Assembly: GCA_963746345.1 (NCBI GenBank)
Contig: CAVVAN010000002.1
Location: forward strand, 213,202 to 277,201
Source of the DNA: an uncultured Verrucomicrobiae bacterium
GTDB taxonomy: Bacteria > Verrucomicrobiota > Verrucomicrobiia > Limisphaerales > UBA11358
DNA: 64,000 nucleotides
Direction: 5' to 3'
Below, piece after piece: positions 49,735 through 58,756 of the stretch (its first letter is position 1; each line of letters begins with the position of its first letter). The translations under genes and the position numbers were made by a program. The notes under the pieces are model-generated. The model saw only the letters and a program-made list of their open reading frames with translations. It was not told where the DNA came from and did no database searches.

Positions 49735-50109
49735 TCATTTTACTCTGAACCAAACAATGAGGAGTAAAACAATGCTAACAAAAACGAACGTGTGGGCTAT
49801 CCAATAAAGTCGCCGATGCGAGCGGTCTAATTCTCGTGGGCCAAATGTCCAAAATCTACGCTGCTGATAAAGTGGCCACCGCGCCAGAAATAAAACAACT
49901 ACACCAAATGCACCGAATGCCAACCCACATAAAAATAATCGAAAAGGGTCTGCATTTGTCAGAGTCGTAACAATTGGCAAAAGCATACCAGCGATTATTG
50001 CAATTGCGGGCACAAGAAAAATTGTGGACAGCAATCCAACTATTTCTTCCGGCAGATGCCAGTTTGATTGTTTCTTACTCACAGTTAAAAATTTATTATC
50101 CGAAATCAT
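49735..50109 (-). CDS. membrane protein, hypothetical
   Basis: From MISDNKFL..., with three hydrophobic helices. The N-terminal extension to 50280 is rejected because it overlaps the CPXCG remnant. Confidence 0.45.
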   Translation of the reverse strand: MISDNKFLTVSKKQSNWHLPEEIVGLLSTIFLVPAIAIIAGMLLPIVTTLTNADPFRLFLCGLAFGAFGVVVLFLARWPLYQQRRFWTFGPRELDRSHRRLYWIAHTFVFVSIVLLLIVWFRVK

Positions 50110-50159
50110 TTTGTCCAGAGCCGAATTGCGCTTTCGTGAAACGCGGTTAGATTTTGCGC

Positions 50160-50243
50160 GTGGAAGTTTGCGAATCCATTTCCTGTCCGTTTTGCGGGCA
50201 GGCGTCCGAGGTGGCCATTCAAAATTCGTTTTCTTTCTTATAA
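50160..50243 (+). pseudogene. truncated CPXCG-motif gene remnant
   Basis: VEVCESISCPFCGQASEVAI then junk and a stop. The 60-nt core matches 59388-59447 with 6 mismatches. Confidence 0.5.
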
Positions 50244-50361
50244 AATGCAAAGATTTTGCCCCGTCAATTGCATATCGCATTAAGCCAATAACTATTCTTC
50301 GTGTTTTTCAGCAAAAAAGCAGCCGTTTTATCGGCGGCACATTTCAAGCTTAAAAGGAGGC

Positions 50362-50884
50362 ATGAAAACTACAAAAATAATTGCATTATCAATCGGCATT
50401 ACTGCTCTGGCAACGGTTGCGGCCGTGTCAGGGCCGTCGGTAACAATCCAGGTCGGCGTGCCCGCACCTCCTCCGATAGTCGTGGCGCCAGCGCCCGCAG
50501 TGACGGTGGATGTCGGCGTTCCTGACACTTATTGCTTGTAGTTGAGATTTTAGGAACAAACGCAATGGTGTGACGGTGGATGTCGGCGTTCCTGACACTT
50601 ATTGCTGGGACGGTTACGAATATGTCGGTGTCGTCGGCGGTGGATATTTTTATCTGGGACCCGGCGATGTCTGGCTGCCTCTGGACGCGCCTCGCCTAGC
50701 GCGCTGGCATGAGTGGGAAGGAGGCCACGCGGATTGGCGCGTTCATGCCATCCGCAACGAACGCTATCGTAACGACGCCCACGGCCATGCAGTGCCACTG
50801 CACGATAGCCATGCCGTTCAGACTCATGACGTTGACCATAGCCACGACTATGATCACAACAAGGATCACGACCACGATCATTGA
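50362..50884 (+). pseudogene. secreted His/Asp-rich protein interrupted by a 70-bp duplication
   Basis: AAGGAGG RBS and a signal peptide. The ORF stops at 50539-50541 and resumes at 50570 one frame off. A 37-nt exact direct repeat lies at 50500-50536 and 50570-50606. Confidence 0.6.
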
Positions 50885-51071
50885 ATGACGTCGTCTTGAC
50901 GTAAGTTCAAAGTTTGTGTCGGGAAAATGAGAGAGAGGAAAAAGTGAGTGCCTCTCTCTCTGATTTTTATGGGTGGCTGGTCTTGCGAAGCATGTCACAA
51001 AATTGTTGCAAAAATCCGGTTGCCTCATGACGAGATTTTGCGAACCTCAGGAAAGAAACCATCAACCATGA

Positions 51072-51467
51072 ATGATTATGAGTAAAAGCAACGAAGGTCC
51101 CAAGCCCGGCCATTTCTGTTGGAACGAACTCATCACGAGCAGCGTGCCTACGGCCAAAATTTTTTACAGCAGCTTGCTTGGCTGGAAGACAAAAGCTTTC
51201 GGCAAGGGCGTGGATTACACAATCATCTTGAAAGGCAAGGACAAGCCCCAAGGCATCGGCGGCATGATGAAATGCCCCAAGCCCGGACAATCCGCGCAAT
51301 GGATTCCCTACATCCTCGTTGATGACGTGGATGCGACGGTGAAGAAAGCCGCAAAGCTGCGCGGCAAAGTTTGCATGCCGCCGATGGATGTGCCGACCGT
51401 GGGACGCATCGCCGTTCTGTCCGACCCGCACGGCGCTACATTTGGAATCATCAAGCCGGCGATGTAA
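51072..51467 (+). CDS. VOC (glyoxalase/bleomycin-resistance) family protein
   Basis: GHFCWNELITSS...FYSSLLGWK...GRIAVLSDPHGATFGII. Confidence 0.75.
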   Translation: MIMSKSNEGPKPGHFCWNELITSSVPTAKIFYSSLLGWKTKAFGKGVDYTIILKGKDKPQGIGGMMKCPKPGQSAQWIPYILVDDVDATVKKAAKLRGKVCMPPMDVPTVGRIAVLSDPHGATFGIIKPAM

Positions 51468-51877
51468 AATTATTTCGTCACCGAGTCGCGCAAGACTTGA
51501 AATAAAAAATTCAAAACGCCGCCCTTCGCGTTCTGTGGGTGTGTTTTACACTTCGGGCAAAAGCGCCAAAATCAGCATTGGCGCTTGTCCTTTGAAATGT
51601 CCAGTTCGTCAAATTCCCCGCCGGTGTTTAGCGACGAAATATCGCCGCCAGCATTAAGATCACGGCGCAAACGGCTCCCCCTTGTTGAACCACAACGCCG
51701 TCTGCCAGCATGGGCGTGAATAGCAATAAGTGCATAATTGTCCTTTCTTTTGGGAACGTAACGACTTTAGACCTCGTTAATTTCCGATGTCAAGGATTTG
51801 AATTTGCGAATTATTCACCATCCGCATCGCGCACGGTGGCCGTGTACAAACACCTTGAATCTGCTGGCGAAATTTTT

Positions 51878-52243
51878 CTAAAGCCCGAGCAATTCGCCCG
51901 CCTCCACCATGCTCTTGCACGTGGCGATTTGCGGACGATGCGGGTAATGGAAGATGGAAAAAATATTCAGCCCGATGTCCTTGGCCGGATCGGGAATCAC
52001 GCGAACAATCAAACCCACGCCGCTGCGGTCAATCAATTCCATCGTGCGCCCGATTTCCGCCATGCACTCCAGATCCATTGACTCCAATCCCGACAAATTC
52101 ACCAGCACACGGAAGTCCGGCGAGAGTTCAGCCATCAACGCCTCCAAATCCGGCTGCTGCTGCGTGAAGTCCTCCGGACGCACCCGTCCGATGTAGGTGA
52201 CATACAATAATTGCCTGACCTTGTTTGATGTGACAAGCACCAT
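51878..52243 (-). CDS. STAS-like (SpoIIAA-like) domain protein
   Basis: 121 aa with a beta-alpha pattern. Weak recognition only. Confidence 0.35.
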   Translation of the reverse strand: MVLVTSNKVRQLLYVTYIGRVRPEDFTQQQPDLEALMAELSPDFRVLVNLSGLESMDLECMAEIGRTMELIDRSGVGLIVRVIPDPAKDIGLNIFSIFHYPHRPQIATCKSMVEAGELLGL

Positions 52244-52453
52244 GAACGAATACTAACAACTCCGCGCCGAATTTCGAAAATTATTTTAATCGCCACACGC
52301 CTTCGCTGTGATATGAAATAAAAAACCGAGGTCGCGCAACACTTGAAGCTGCTGGCGGAGAATGTTTGGCCCCACGCAACCATCGGCAATGGCGAAAATA
52401 AAATCGCCGGAATGACTGCTCATTCCGGCGGGAGTCTCAATCATTTCTGTCGT

Positions 52454-53077
52454 TCACGTCGCCATGATGGTTACGGGCGTGCTCCAATCGCTCTGACCCG
52501 TGCTGCCGCCGATGGCCCGCGCCTGAATCATATAGACTTTTCCCGGCGTCAGGCTGCCCAGGATGATACGGCGCGCCTGCGGCGAGATGCCGCCACTGAT
52601 CCACGTCGTGCCGTTGTCCAAACTTAAGCGGCTTTCATAGGACCTGGCATTTGCAATCGGCGTCAGGCGCATCAACACCTGCGTCGTGGCCAGGTTGCTT
52701 ACCGACACAACCGTCGGCGTGGCCAGCGGAGTTTGTCCTGAAGGTGTGCTTACCGCCGCGAAGCCTGCGGAGAGCAGCGTCGAGAGGCTGTTCAACGCCA
52801 CGCTCTGGACATACGCCCCGATTTTGCGCAACGCATCCAGCAACGCCACGCGCGCCTCATCCCGCTCGGCGGTGAGTTGCGTGCTGCTGCTCTGCCCCAT
52901 GGCATTGACGGTATTTTGAAATGCCGTCAACAATGCCTGCAAGTCCGCGAGCGTGACCGGCAGGCTGGTGAACGCCATATTGTTTGTGAGACAAATAATG
53001 ACGACCTGAACGAACGCTATCAAATCATTGTCCGACAGCGTACTGAACGAATATGAAACACGATACCTTGCTTTCAT
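52454..53077 (-). CDS. hypothetical protein with C-terminal fibronectin-III-like domain
   Basis: C-terminal ..LTPGKVYMIQARAIGGSTGQSDWSTPV.. is Fn3-like. Confidence 0.45.
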   Translation of the reverse strand: MKARYRVSYSFSTLSDNDLIAFVQVVIICLTNNMAFTSLPVTLADLQALLTAFQNTVNAMGQSSSTQLTAERDEARVALLDALRKIGAYVQSVALNSLSTLLSAGFAAVSTPSGQTPLATPTVVSVSNLATTQVLMRLTPIANARSYESRLSLDNGTTWISGGISPQARRIILGSLTPGKVYMIQARAIGGSTGQSDWSTPVTIMAT

Positions 53078-53410
53078 GACTATATCTTTCTATTAACTAC
53101 GACTGATGACCCGGCATGGCGGATTGGCCATGCTATGACAAGTCATCGTTGACCGGCATTTAGCCAAAGCCATGCCAGCCACCGATTTTTAATTCATAAC
53201 TACCTTGTCTTTAATAAGATGTGCGAATTATTTTCTTTAGGATTTATTTTGCCGCAAGGCGAAAATTCGGATAGTCCCGCCTGCTCCGCCGAAAAATTGC
53301 GCCGGAAAAAAATATTTTTTTTCGCGCCCTCACCGGCGTTCCGCCGGAAATTTTCTGTCTCCACTTTGGACATCGGGACATGAGAAAAAGAATTGAGCCG
53401 GTCAAAAATG

Positions 53411-53663
53411 GCCGGGGAATCGGCAGAGTCCGGCGCAGATTCGGCAAAGTCTCACGCTAACCCGACCAAGTCTCGCGCAGATTCGGGAGGTTCACGCCGG
53501 GAATCGGCAGAGTCCCGCGCAAAGTCGGCAGGTTCCCGTCAGGATTCGGCAGAGTCCGGTGCCGACCCGATGGGTTTCAGCCGGGAATCGGGAGGGTCTG
53601 ACGCCAATCCGCCAGATTCCCGCGCCAACCGGGTGAAGTCTCCGGCGAATTTTGGCAGCGCCT
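53411..53663. repeat. degenerate 21-bp tandem array, about 12 units (weaker units extend left to about 53255)
   Basis: Units resemble CGCGCAGATTCGGCAGAGTCC. Parsed by hand. Confidence 0.7.
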
Positions 53664-53732
53664 GCGGATTTGTTGGATTTTTTTTGACCTCCACAATGCC
53701 ATTGTGGCCGAAGTAGAATATTGTCCTGACAG

Positions 53733-54473
53733 TCATGCCGGCGGATTTTTGTATCGGTCGTGATAGCGCACCCAATCCTGCGAGTGCTCGGGATTTTCGT
53801 CGCGGCCCTTGGCGGTCAGGTCTAGGAAATTGTAAGTCGTGTTCATCAAATCAATCCCGCGCTCGTAAGACGAATAGGTGTGATAAATATCGCCGTTCTT
53901 GTCGCGGTAAAACGCGCTCACCCCTTCGCGCTCGTCCATGTCCATTTTCAGCGGAGCATAATTGTAAATGGCCTTCCCGCTCTTGCGCTGCTCCGGCGTG
54001 AAGGAGACGTTGAAATCAAAATTGAAATCCGTCCCGAATGAGGAAAGCCATTTGAATTTCCAACCCATGCGCTTTTTGAACGGTTCAATTTCTTTACATG
54101 GCGCGTGGGAAACGACGGCGAACGCCGTGTCGCGCTGGCCGATGTGAAAGTTCACGCTGTCGAAATGATCCGCCCAAAACGAGCAATGCGCGCAACCTTC
54201 ACCCCATCCCGGCCCGAACATGAAATGATAGACGATGAGCTGGCTCTTGCCGGAGAATAAATCGGCGAGCGTCGCCTTGCCCGTCGGCCCCTCAAAAACA
54301 TATTCCTTTTCGACTTTGACCCACGGCAATTTACGGCGCTCAAGGTTCAATGCGTCGCGCACTTTCGAGAATTTCTTTTCTTTCAGCAGAAGTTTTTTGC
54401 GGGCGGCAAGCCATTGCTTCTGCGAAACCACTTTGCGGTTTTCGATTCCGCGGACGGTTTTGATTTTCGGCAT
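53733..54473 (-). CDS. DUF899 thioredoxin-like protein
   Basis: WLAARKKLLLKEKKF..RRKLPWVKVEKEYVFEGP..LIVYHFMFGPGWGEGCAHCSFWADHFD. Confidence 0.85.
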   Translation of the reverse strand: MPKIKTVRGIENRKVVSQKQWLAARKKLLLKEKKFSKVRDALNLERRKLPWVKVEKEYVFEGPTGKATLADLFSGKSQLIVYHFMFGPGWGEGCAHCSFWADHFDSVNFHIGQRDTAFAVVSHAPCKEIEPFKKRMGWKFKWLSSFGTDFNFDFNVSFTPEQRKSGKAIYNYAPLKMDMDEREGVSAFYRDKNGDIYHTYSSYERGIDLMNTTYNFLDLTAKGRDENPEHSQDWVRYHDRYKNPPA

Positions 54474-54629
54474 AATCTTCCTTGGTTTTGTTGTTTCGCT
54501 TGCAGAACAGTTTTGACGCGACCATCGCCCAAAAACTGGCGCAAATCAAGTGGGAGAATTTAATTGCGGCAAACACCAGCGCCGGAGAACTCGTGACAAT
54601 TTCATCAGGCGTGCTACCATAAGTTCGCC

Positions 54630-55303
54630 ATGAAAAAAGATGCGCAAACCCATCCGAAAATTCAAGTCACCAAAGACGGCCCGTATCTCGTCAGCGGCGA
54701 CCTGCCTTTGAGCGAGCAATGGATCGTCACCAACGACGAAGGCGATTCGCTGGATTATCGCGAAGGGAAAAAATTTCCGGCGCAGGCGCAATACGCGCTT
54801 TGCCGCTGCGGCCAGTCCGCCAGCAAACCGTTCTGCGACGGCACGCACGGCAAGGTCAAATTCGATGGCGCGGAAACCGCCAGCCATCAACCCTACTTGA
54901 ACAGGCCGAAACCATTGAAGGCCCCACGATGACGCTTACCGATCAGGAAAACCTCTGCGCCTTCGCCCGCTTCTGCGACCCGAAAGGCAGGATTTGGAAT
55001 CTCGTCACGCAAGACAGCCCCGAAGCGCAGGAAATTGTAAAATACGAGGCCGCGCATTGTCCCGCCGGACGGCTGGTGGTTTGGGATAAAAAAACCGGCA
55101 AAGCCATCGAGCCGGAATTTGAATCCTCGCTCGGGCTGATTGAAGACACGGAGAAAAAAGTCGGCGGCCCGATTTGGGTGCGCGGCGGCATTCCCGTCGT
55201 TTCCGCCGACGGGAAGACCTACGAGATTCGAAACCGGATGACCTTGTGCCGCTGCGGCAAATCAAACAACAAACCTTTCTGCGACGGCAACCACGCGGCC
55301 TGA
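54630..55303 (+). CDS. CDGSH iron-sulfur domain protein (one frameshift near 54900)
   Basis: Two CDGSH-type motifs: CRCGQSASKPFCDGTH and CRCGKSNNKPFCDGNH. Confidence 0.8.
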
Positions 55304-55304
55304 A

Positions 55305-56072
55305 TTATTTTAGCCGGTAATCGTTGCGACCAGCGCGCGTTATGAATCCGGCTTTAATTAAATTCTGCAATTTCTGACGAACCTTGTCGCGGATGTGGTC
55401 GTTCTCTGGATGCAATTCTTTGAAATGCGATTCAAACGCATACACATCCTGATTCGTAAATTCTTTTTTGCCCAATTTGCGAACGACGTTCAGCACGTCC
55501 AGCATCCAGCCGCGTTGTTCCACGGAAAAATTTTCAAATGGTTTTACTTTTTGAAATTGTTCACGCACTTCTGATGGCGAAGTAATTTGTTTTTCTTTGA
55601 CGACAACAATCCGCGCATCTGCTGGAATTCTGCGCAAATCAAAATTGCAACCGACCCAACCGGCACGGCGTGCGGTTGCGGCAAGTGGCGGACGTTTGAT
55701 GATTGCCGATGGCGGGAAAGCAAAATGCGGAACCAGAATCAAATTTCTCACCGACCATGAATCCAAATCGTAATGCAGGAAAAAATAAGTGGGCGCGCGG
55801 TCTTGCCGGATGGCGTCCATCATCGCGCCGTAAGCGCCGTCGGTTATCGAATTGCCGATGGGCGATTGCTTGCTTTTGAGTTGATACCAAAGCCCGCAGC
55901 TTGGACACCGATAATCATTCGCCTTTGTGCCGGGCTTTAACCACGTCAAATGAGACGATGAACAATTGGCGCAATAAAAATTATCTGCGCCCCACGCTTC
56001 GGTGACATTGCCGGCCTTTTGCGAACCGCTGGTGAAACGGTCGGCCAGTGAGCCAGTCATGGAAAGGATCAT
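55305..56072 (-). CDS. DpnI-like (Dam-replacing family) protein: PD-(D/E)XK domain with Gln at the catalytic Glu position + winged-helix domain
   Basis: 255 aa, collinear with my recollection of S. pneumoniae R.DpnI: SQKA..TE.W, YC.NC, DY.C..C...QLKSK, DGAY..MM, ARRAGW.GC, and a C-terminal FESHFKELHPENDHIRDKVRQKLQ. Confidence 0.75.
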   Translation of the reverse strand: MILSMTGSLADRFTSGSQKAGNVTEAWGADNFYCANCSSSHLTWLKPGTKANDYRCPSCGLWYQLKSKQSPIGNSITDGAYGAMMDAIRQDRAPTYFFLHYDLDSWSVRNLILVPHFAFPPSAIIKRPPLAATARRAGWVGCNFDLRRIPADARIVVVKEKQITSPSEVREQFQKVKPFENFSVEQRGWMLDVLNVVRKLGKKEFTNQDVYAFESHFKELHPENDHIRDKVRQKLQNLIKAGFITRAGRNDYRLK

Positions 56073-57202
56073 GATTCAATTAACCCCTCGCGTTCTAACA
56101 CGCGCCTTACATCTTCAAAAGCCATTTTAATTTTTCCTTTAGGAAATCGGATTTGTCCAAGCCCTTGAATGTTTGTAAATTCCTCACACCCTTCCTCCAA
56201 AATAATTATTGCCTTTGAAAAACCAAGTCTGCCCTGAAATAAACCTGCTTCGTGAATAACGTTCATACGAGCTTGTATTTTCCCGTCTTTCTGTTCGTCC
56301 TCGGCAGTCATGACCAAAAAGGCGATTGCCGCTTCATCCAACATCTGAGACAGGCGAGCGATATTACTGATTCCTGCGACCGGGACACGGTTAAACTCAT
56401 CCCATGGCATATTTAATCGGTCTTGGACAAAGTCTTTTAAATCCTTCCAAACCGACGATCCTCCGTGTCCAATAAAAACATTAGTTCCAATTCGCTCACT
56501 GCGTCGTTTTTTCTTCAGGCTGACCTCGATGTGTGAAGCCGCGCGTCGAGAAAGTTTAGCCAGTTTTTCACACAGATTGGCAGGTTGCTTGATTGTAAAT
56601 AAATGTGCCAGTATTCCGAAGTGGGGTGGCACGCGAGAACCTTCACTCGCTGCGACCGTGTCATGTGTAATAAATTGCCCACTAGGCTGCATTGCCCGGA
56701 CAATCGTGCTGGCGTCGAAAATTTTCGTTTCCTCCACTTGTTTTCTTAAACCTTCTAAAAAGGCATCGGGCTGATTTTCAATGGCAATGCTTGTTAATGA
56801 AAGAAACTCCCCTTTAGCGTGTTCAAATTCCTCTTCAATTTTATCAGCGGCATCAGCTGCATTGTTAAGTGATACCTCATCCACGCCAGCTTTTTGGCTG
56901 ATATACGAAGTTACATCCTCCTGTTTATATTCCCGCCAATCGCCGGTGGTATCGTTTATATAACTATCGTCCCGTAAGCCCCAATCGCGGCTGAAGTGTG
57001 CACCTGCTGGTGGAGTCTGGAAATTTGCATAATACACCCTAGCTTGATAACCAAGCCACGACCCACTCCATGATTTTCCGACCTCTTCAGCAGCGTTTTG
57101 TAGATTGGCCGCTAGAGATGAATGCTTTGATTGCTCCCAATGTTTACAGGTAGATTCAAGTCTATCCGCGATACCGAAGAGTTTGTCCTGAAGATCGCTC
57201 AT
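56069..57202 (-). CDS. protein with unknown about 235-aa N-terminal domain and C-terminal TIR-like (CAP12/PycTIR-type) domain
   Basis: The C-terminus reads NVFIGHGGSSVWKDLKDFV...AIAFLVMTAEDEQ...ARMNVIHEAGLFQGRLG...IILEEG. This is the pattern of the bacterial TIR-like nucleotide-binding family. Its stop overlaps the DpnI-like start (ATGA). Confidence 0.7.
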   Translation of the reverse strand: MSDLQDKLFGIADRLESTCKHWEQSKHSSLAANLQNAAEEVGKSWSGSWLGYQARVYYANFQTPPAGAHFSRDWGLRDDSYINDTTGDWREYKQEDVTSYISQKAGVDEVSLNNAADAADKIEEEFEHAKGEFLSLTSIAIENQPDAFLEGLRKQVEETKIFDASTIVRAMQPSGQFITHDTVAASEGSRVPPHFGILAHLFTIKQPANLCEKLAKLSRRAASHIEVSLKKKRRSERIGTNVFIGHGGSSVWKDLKDFVQDRLNMPWDEFNRVPVAGISNIARLSQMLDEAAIAFLVMTAEDEQKDGKIQARMNVIHEAGLFQGRLGFSKAIIILEEGCEEFTNIQGLGQIRFPKGKIKMAFEDVRRVLEREGLIES

Positions 57203-57259
57203 TTTATTTCTGCATTTTGATATTCATGAAATGACATCCAAAGAGCAAAGTCAAAACAA

Positions 57260-58756
57260 CTATTTTATTCTAAATATTTCCGTCTCACACCGGACAACGT
57301 GCGTTGTCTCGCGTTTCTTTCCGTTCGGCGTTTTTGCCCACGCTTCCTGCAAGCTCACGTCAACCGTCGTATGCACCACCGCGCCGCGCTGAACTTCTGC
57401 ACAAGACAGAAAAACAAATTTCGACTCGTGATAAATTCTTTCGGTTTCAATTTGCGGCACGTCGGCCATGCAACGTGATCCATTGATCGTTTCGGAAAAG
57501 AGATCAAGATCATTTTGAATAAAAACAAAAATTTCCGTTCGCACTTTGAAATAGCGCAACCAAATGGAAATGATTTGGCCGTCAATTCGTTTCACCGCGA
57601 GCATGGCGTGGGCTTCGTCCAATTCAATACCGACGCAGGCGCGTGATAATTTGATGGCGGCAATGGCCGTGGTGCCGCCGCCCAGAAAGGGGTCGAGCAC
57701 CAAATCGCCTTCGTTGGTGGAGGCCAGCAGGCAGCGTTCAATCAGCGCTACGGGCTTCTGCGTGGGATGTTTGCCGTGCGTTTTCTCGTCGTTCCCCGGC
57801 GCGGACATTGTCCAAACGTTATCCAACCGCAGAGGCGCAGAGGCGCAGAGGTCCTGCGGACTGCCACCGGATTCATTTTTAATTTCTTCTTCTCCGCGTC
57901 TCGGCGTCTCGGCGGTGAATTCTCTCCAGACGGTTTTCATCTGCTTGCCGGTCACTTTCCGCATTTCCTGATAATTGAAAACGTGTTTGCTCTTTTCATT
58001 TTTCGCGGCCCACAAAATGGTTTCCGTGGAATGCGTGAAATAGCGGCAGCTCAAGTTCGGCGGTGGATTGGGTTTTTCCCACGCGATGTCGTTGAGGATT
58101 TTGTAGCCGAGTTGTTGCATGGCGTAACCGATGGAAAAAATGACGTGATGCGTGCCGCTGACCCAAAGTGTGCCGTTGGGTTTGAGAACTTTTTGGCAGC
58201 GCGCCAGCCATTCGCGGTTGAATTCATGATTGAGTTCCGTGCCGCGCGAGATGTCCCAATCGCCTTTGTCCACTTTGACCATGCGTCCGGCGTGGCAGGT
58301 GATGCCGCCGTTGGAAAGGAAATACGGTGGGTCGGCAAAGATGGCGTCGAACCGGCCTTCGGGATATTTGGCGGCAATGGCGTCCAAAAGCTCCAAACAA
58401 TTTCCGTGATAAAGGCGCAGGAAAGGAGATTCGGATTTGAAGATAAGTGATGGACGCTCGCCCTCATCCCTGCCTTCTCCCCCGGGAGAAGGAGAATTAT
58501 CGTCAGGCTGTCTGCGATGCGAACCGTTGTCAGATTTTCGGAGCGCGCTCTTTGCTGTCCCCTCTCCTGATGGGAGAGGGTAAGGGTGAGGGGCCGGTGC
58601 AATCGAGCCGTCGTCGCGCAATTCAAAATGCGACGGAGAAATTATTTTCGCGTGAGGAAAATCGCTGGCTCGCGAGGACGCTCGCCCCACCAATTTAATT
58701 TTTGGCGGTGATTTGCGATAAAACGACTTTGGCTTGCTCTTGGACTTTTTCGGCAC
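57260..58756 (-). CDS. beta-class N6-adenine DNA methyltransferase, DpnA/MboIB (GATC)-like, with repeat-derived insertions and extra C-terminal region
   Basis: FADPPYFLSNGG, VDKGDWD, HEFNREW, NPPPNLSCRYFTHSTETILWA, GKHPTQKP and LDPFLGGGTT motifs, collinear with my recollection of M.DpnIIB. Confidence 0.8.
   Translation of the reverse strand: MPKKSKSKPKSFYRKSPPKIKLVGRASSRASDFPHAKIISPSHFELRDDGSIAPAPHPYPLPSGEGTAKSALRKSDNGSHRRQPDDNSPSPGGEGRDEGERPSLIFKSESPFLRLYHGNCLELLDAIAAKYPEGRFDAIFADPPYFLSNGGITCHAGRMVKVDKGDWDISRGTELNHEFNREWLARCQKVLKPNGTLWVSGTHHVIFSIGYAMQQLGYKILNDIAWEKPNPPPNLSCRYFTHSTETILWAAKNEKSKHVFNYQEMRKVTGKQMKTVWREFTAETPRRGEEEIKNESGGSPQDLCASAPLRLDNVWTMSAPGNDEKTHGKHPTQKPVALIERCLLASTNEGDLVLDPFLGGGTTAIAAIKLSRACVGIELDEAHAMLAVKRIDGQIISIWLRYFKVRTEIFVFIQNDLDLFSETINGSRCMADVPQIETERIYHESKFVFLSCAEVQRGAVVHTTVDVSLQEAWAKTPNGKKRETTHVVRCETEIFRIK

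Noticed and set aside
53411-53663. CRISPR array.
   Set aside because: The units are contiguous 21-mers with no spacers and are degenerate. No cas genes are present in the window.
55305-58756. Classifying the operon as an ordinary Type II restriction-modification system (DpnII-like).
   Set aside because: The endonuclease-position gene resembles methyl-dependent DpnI, not DpnII or MboI. It has Gln at the catalytic Glu position, and a TIR-like gene is inserted between it and the methyltransferase. A standard R-M label would hide these conflicts.
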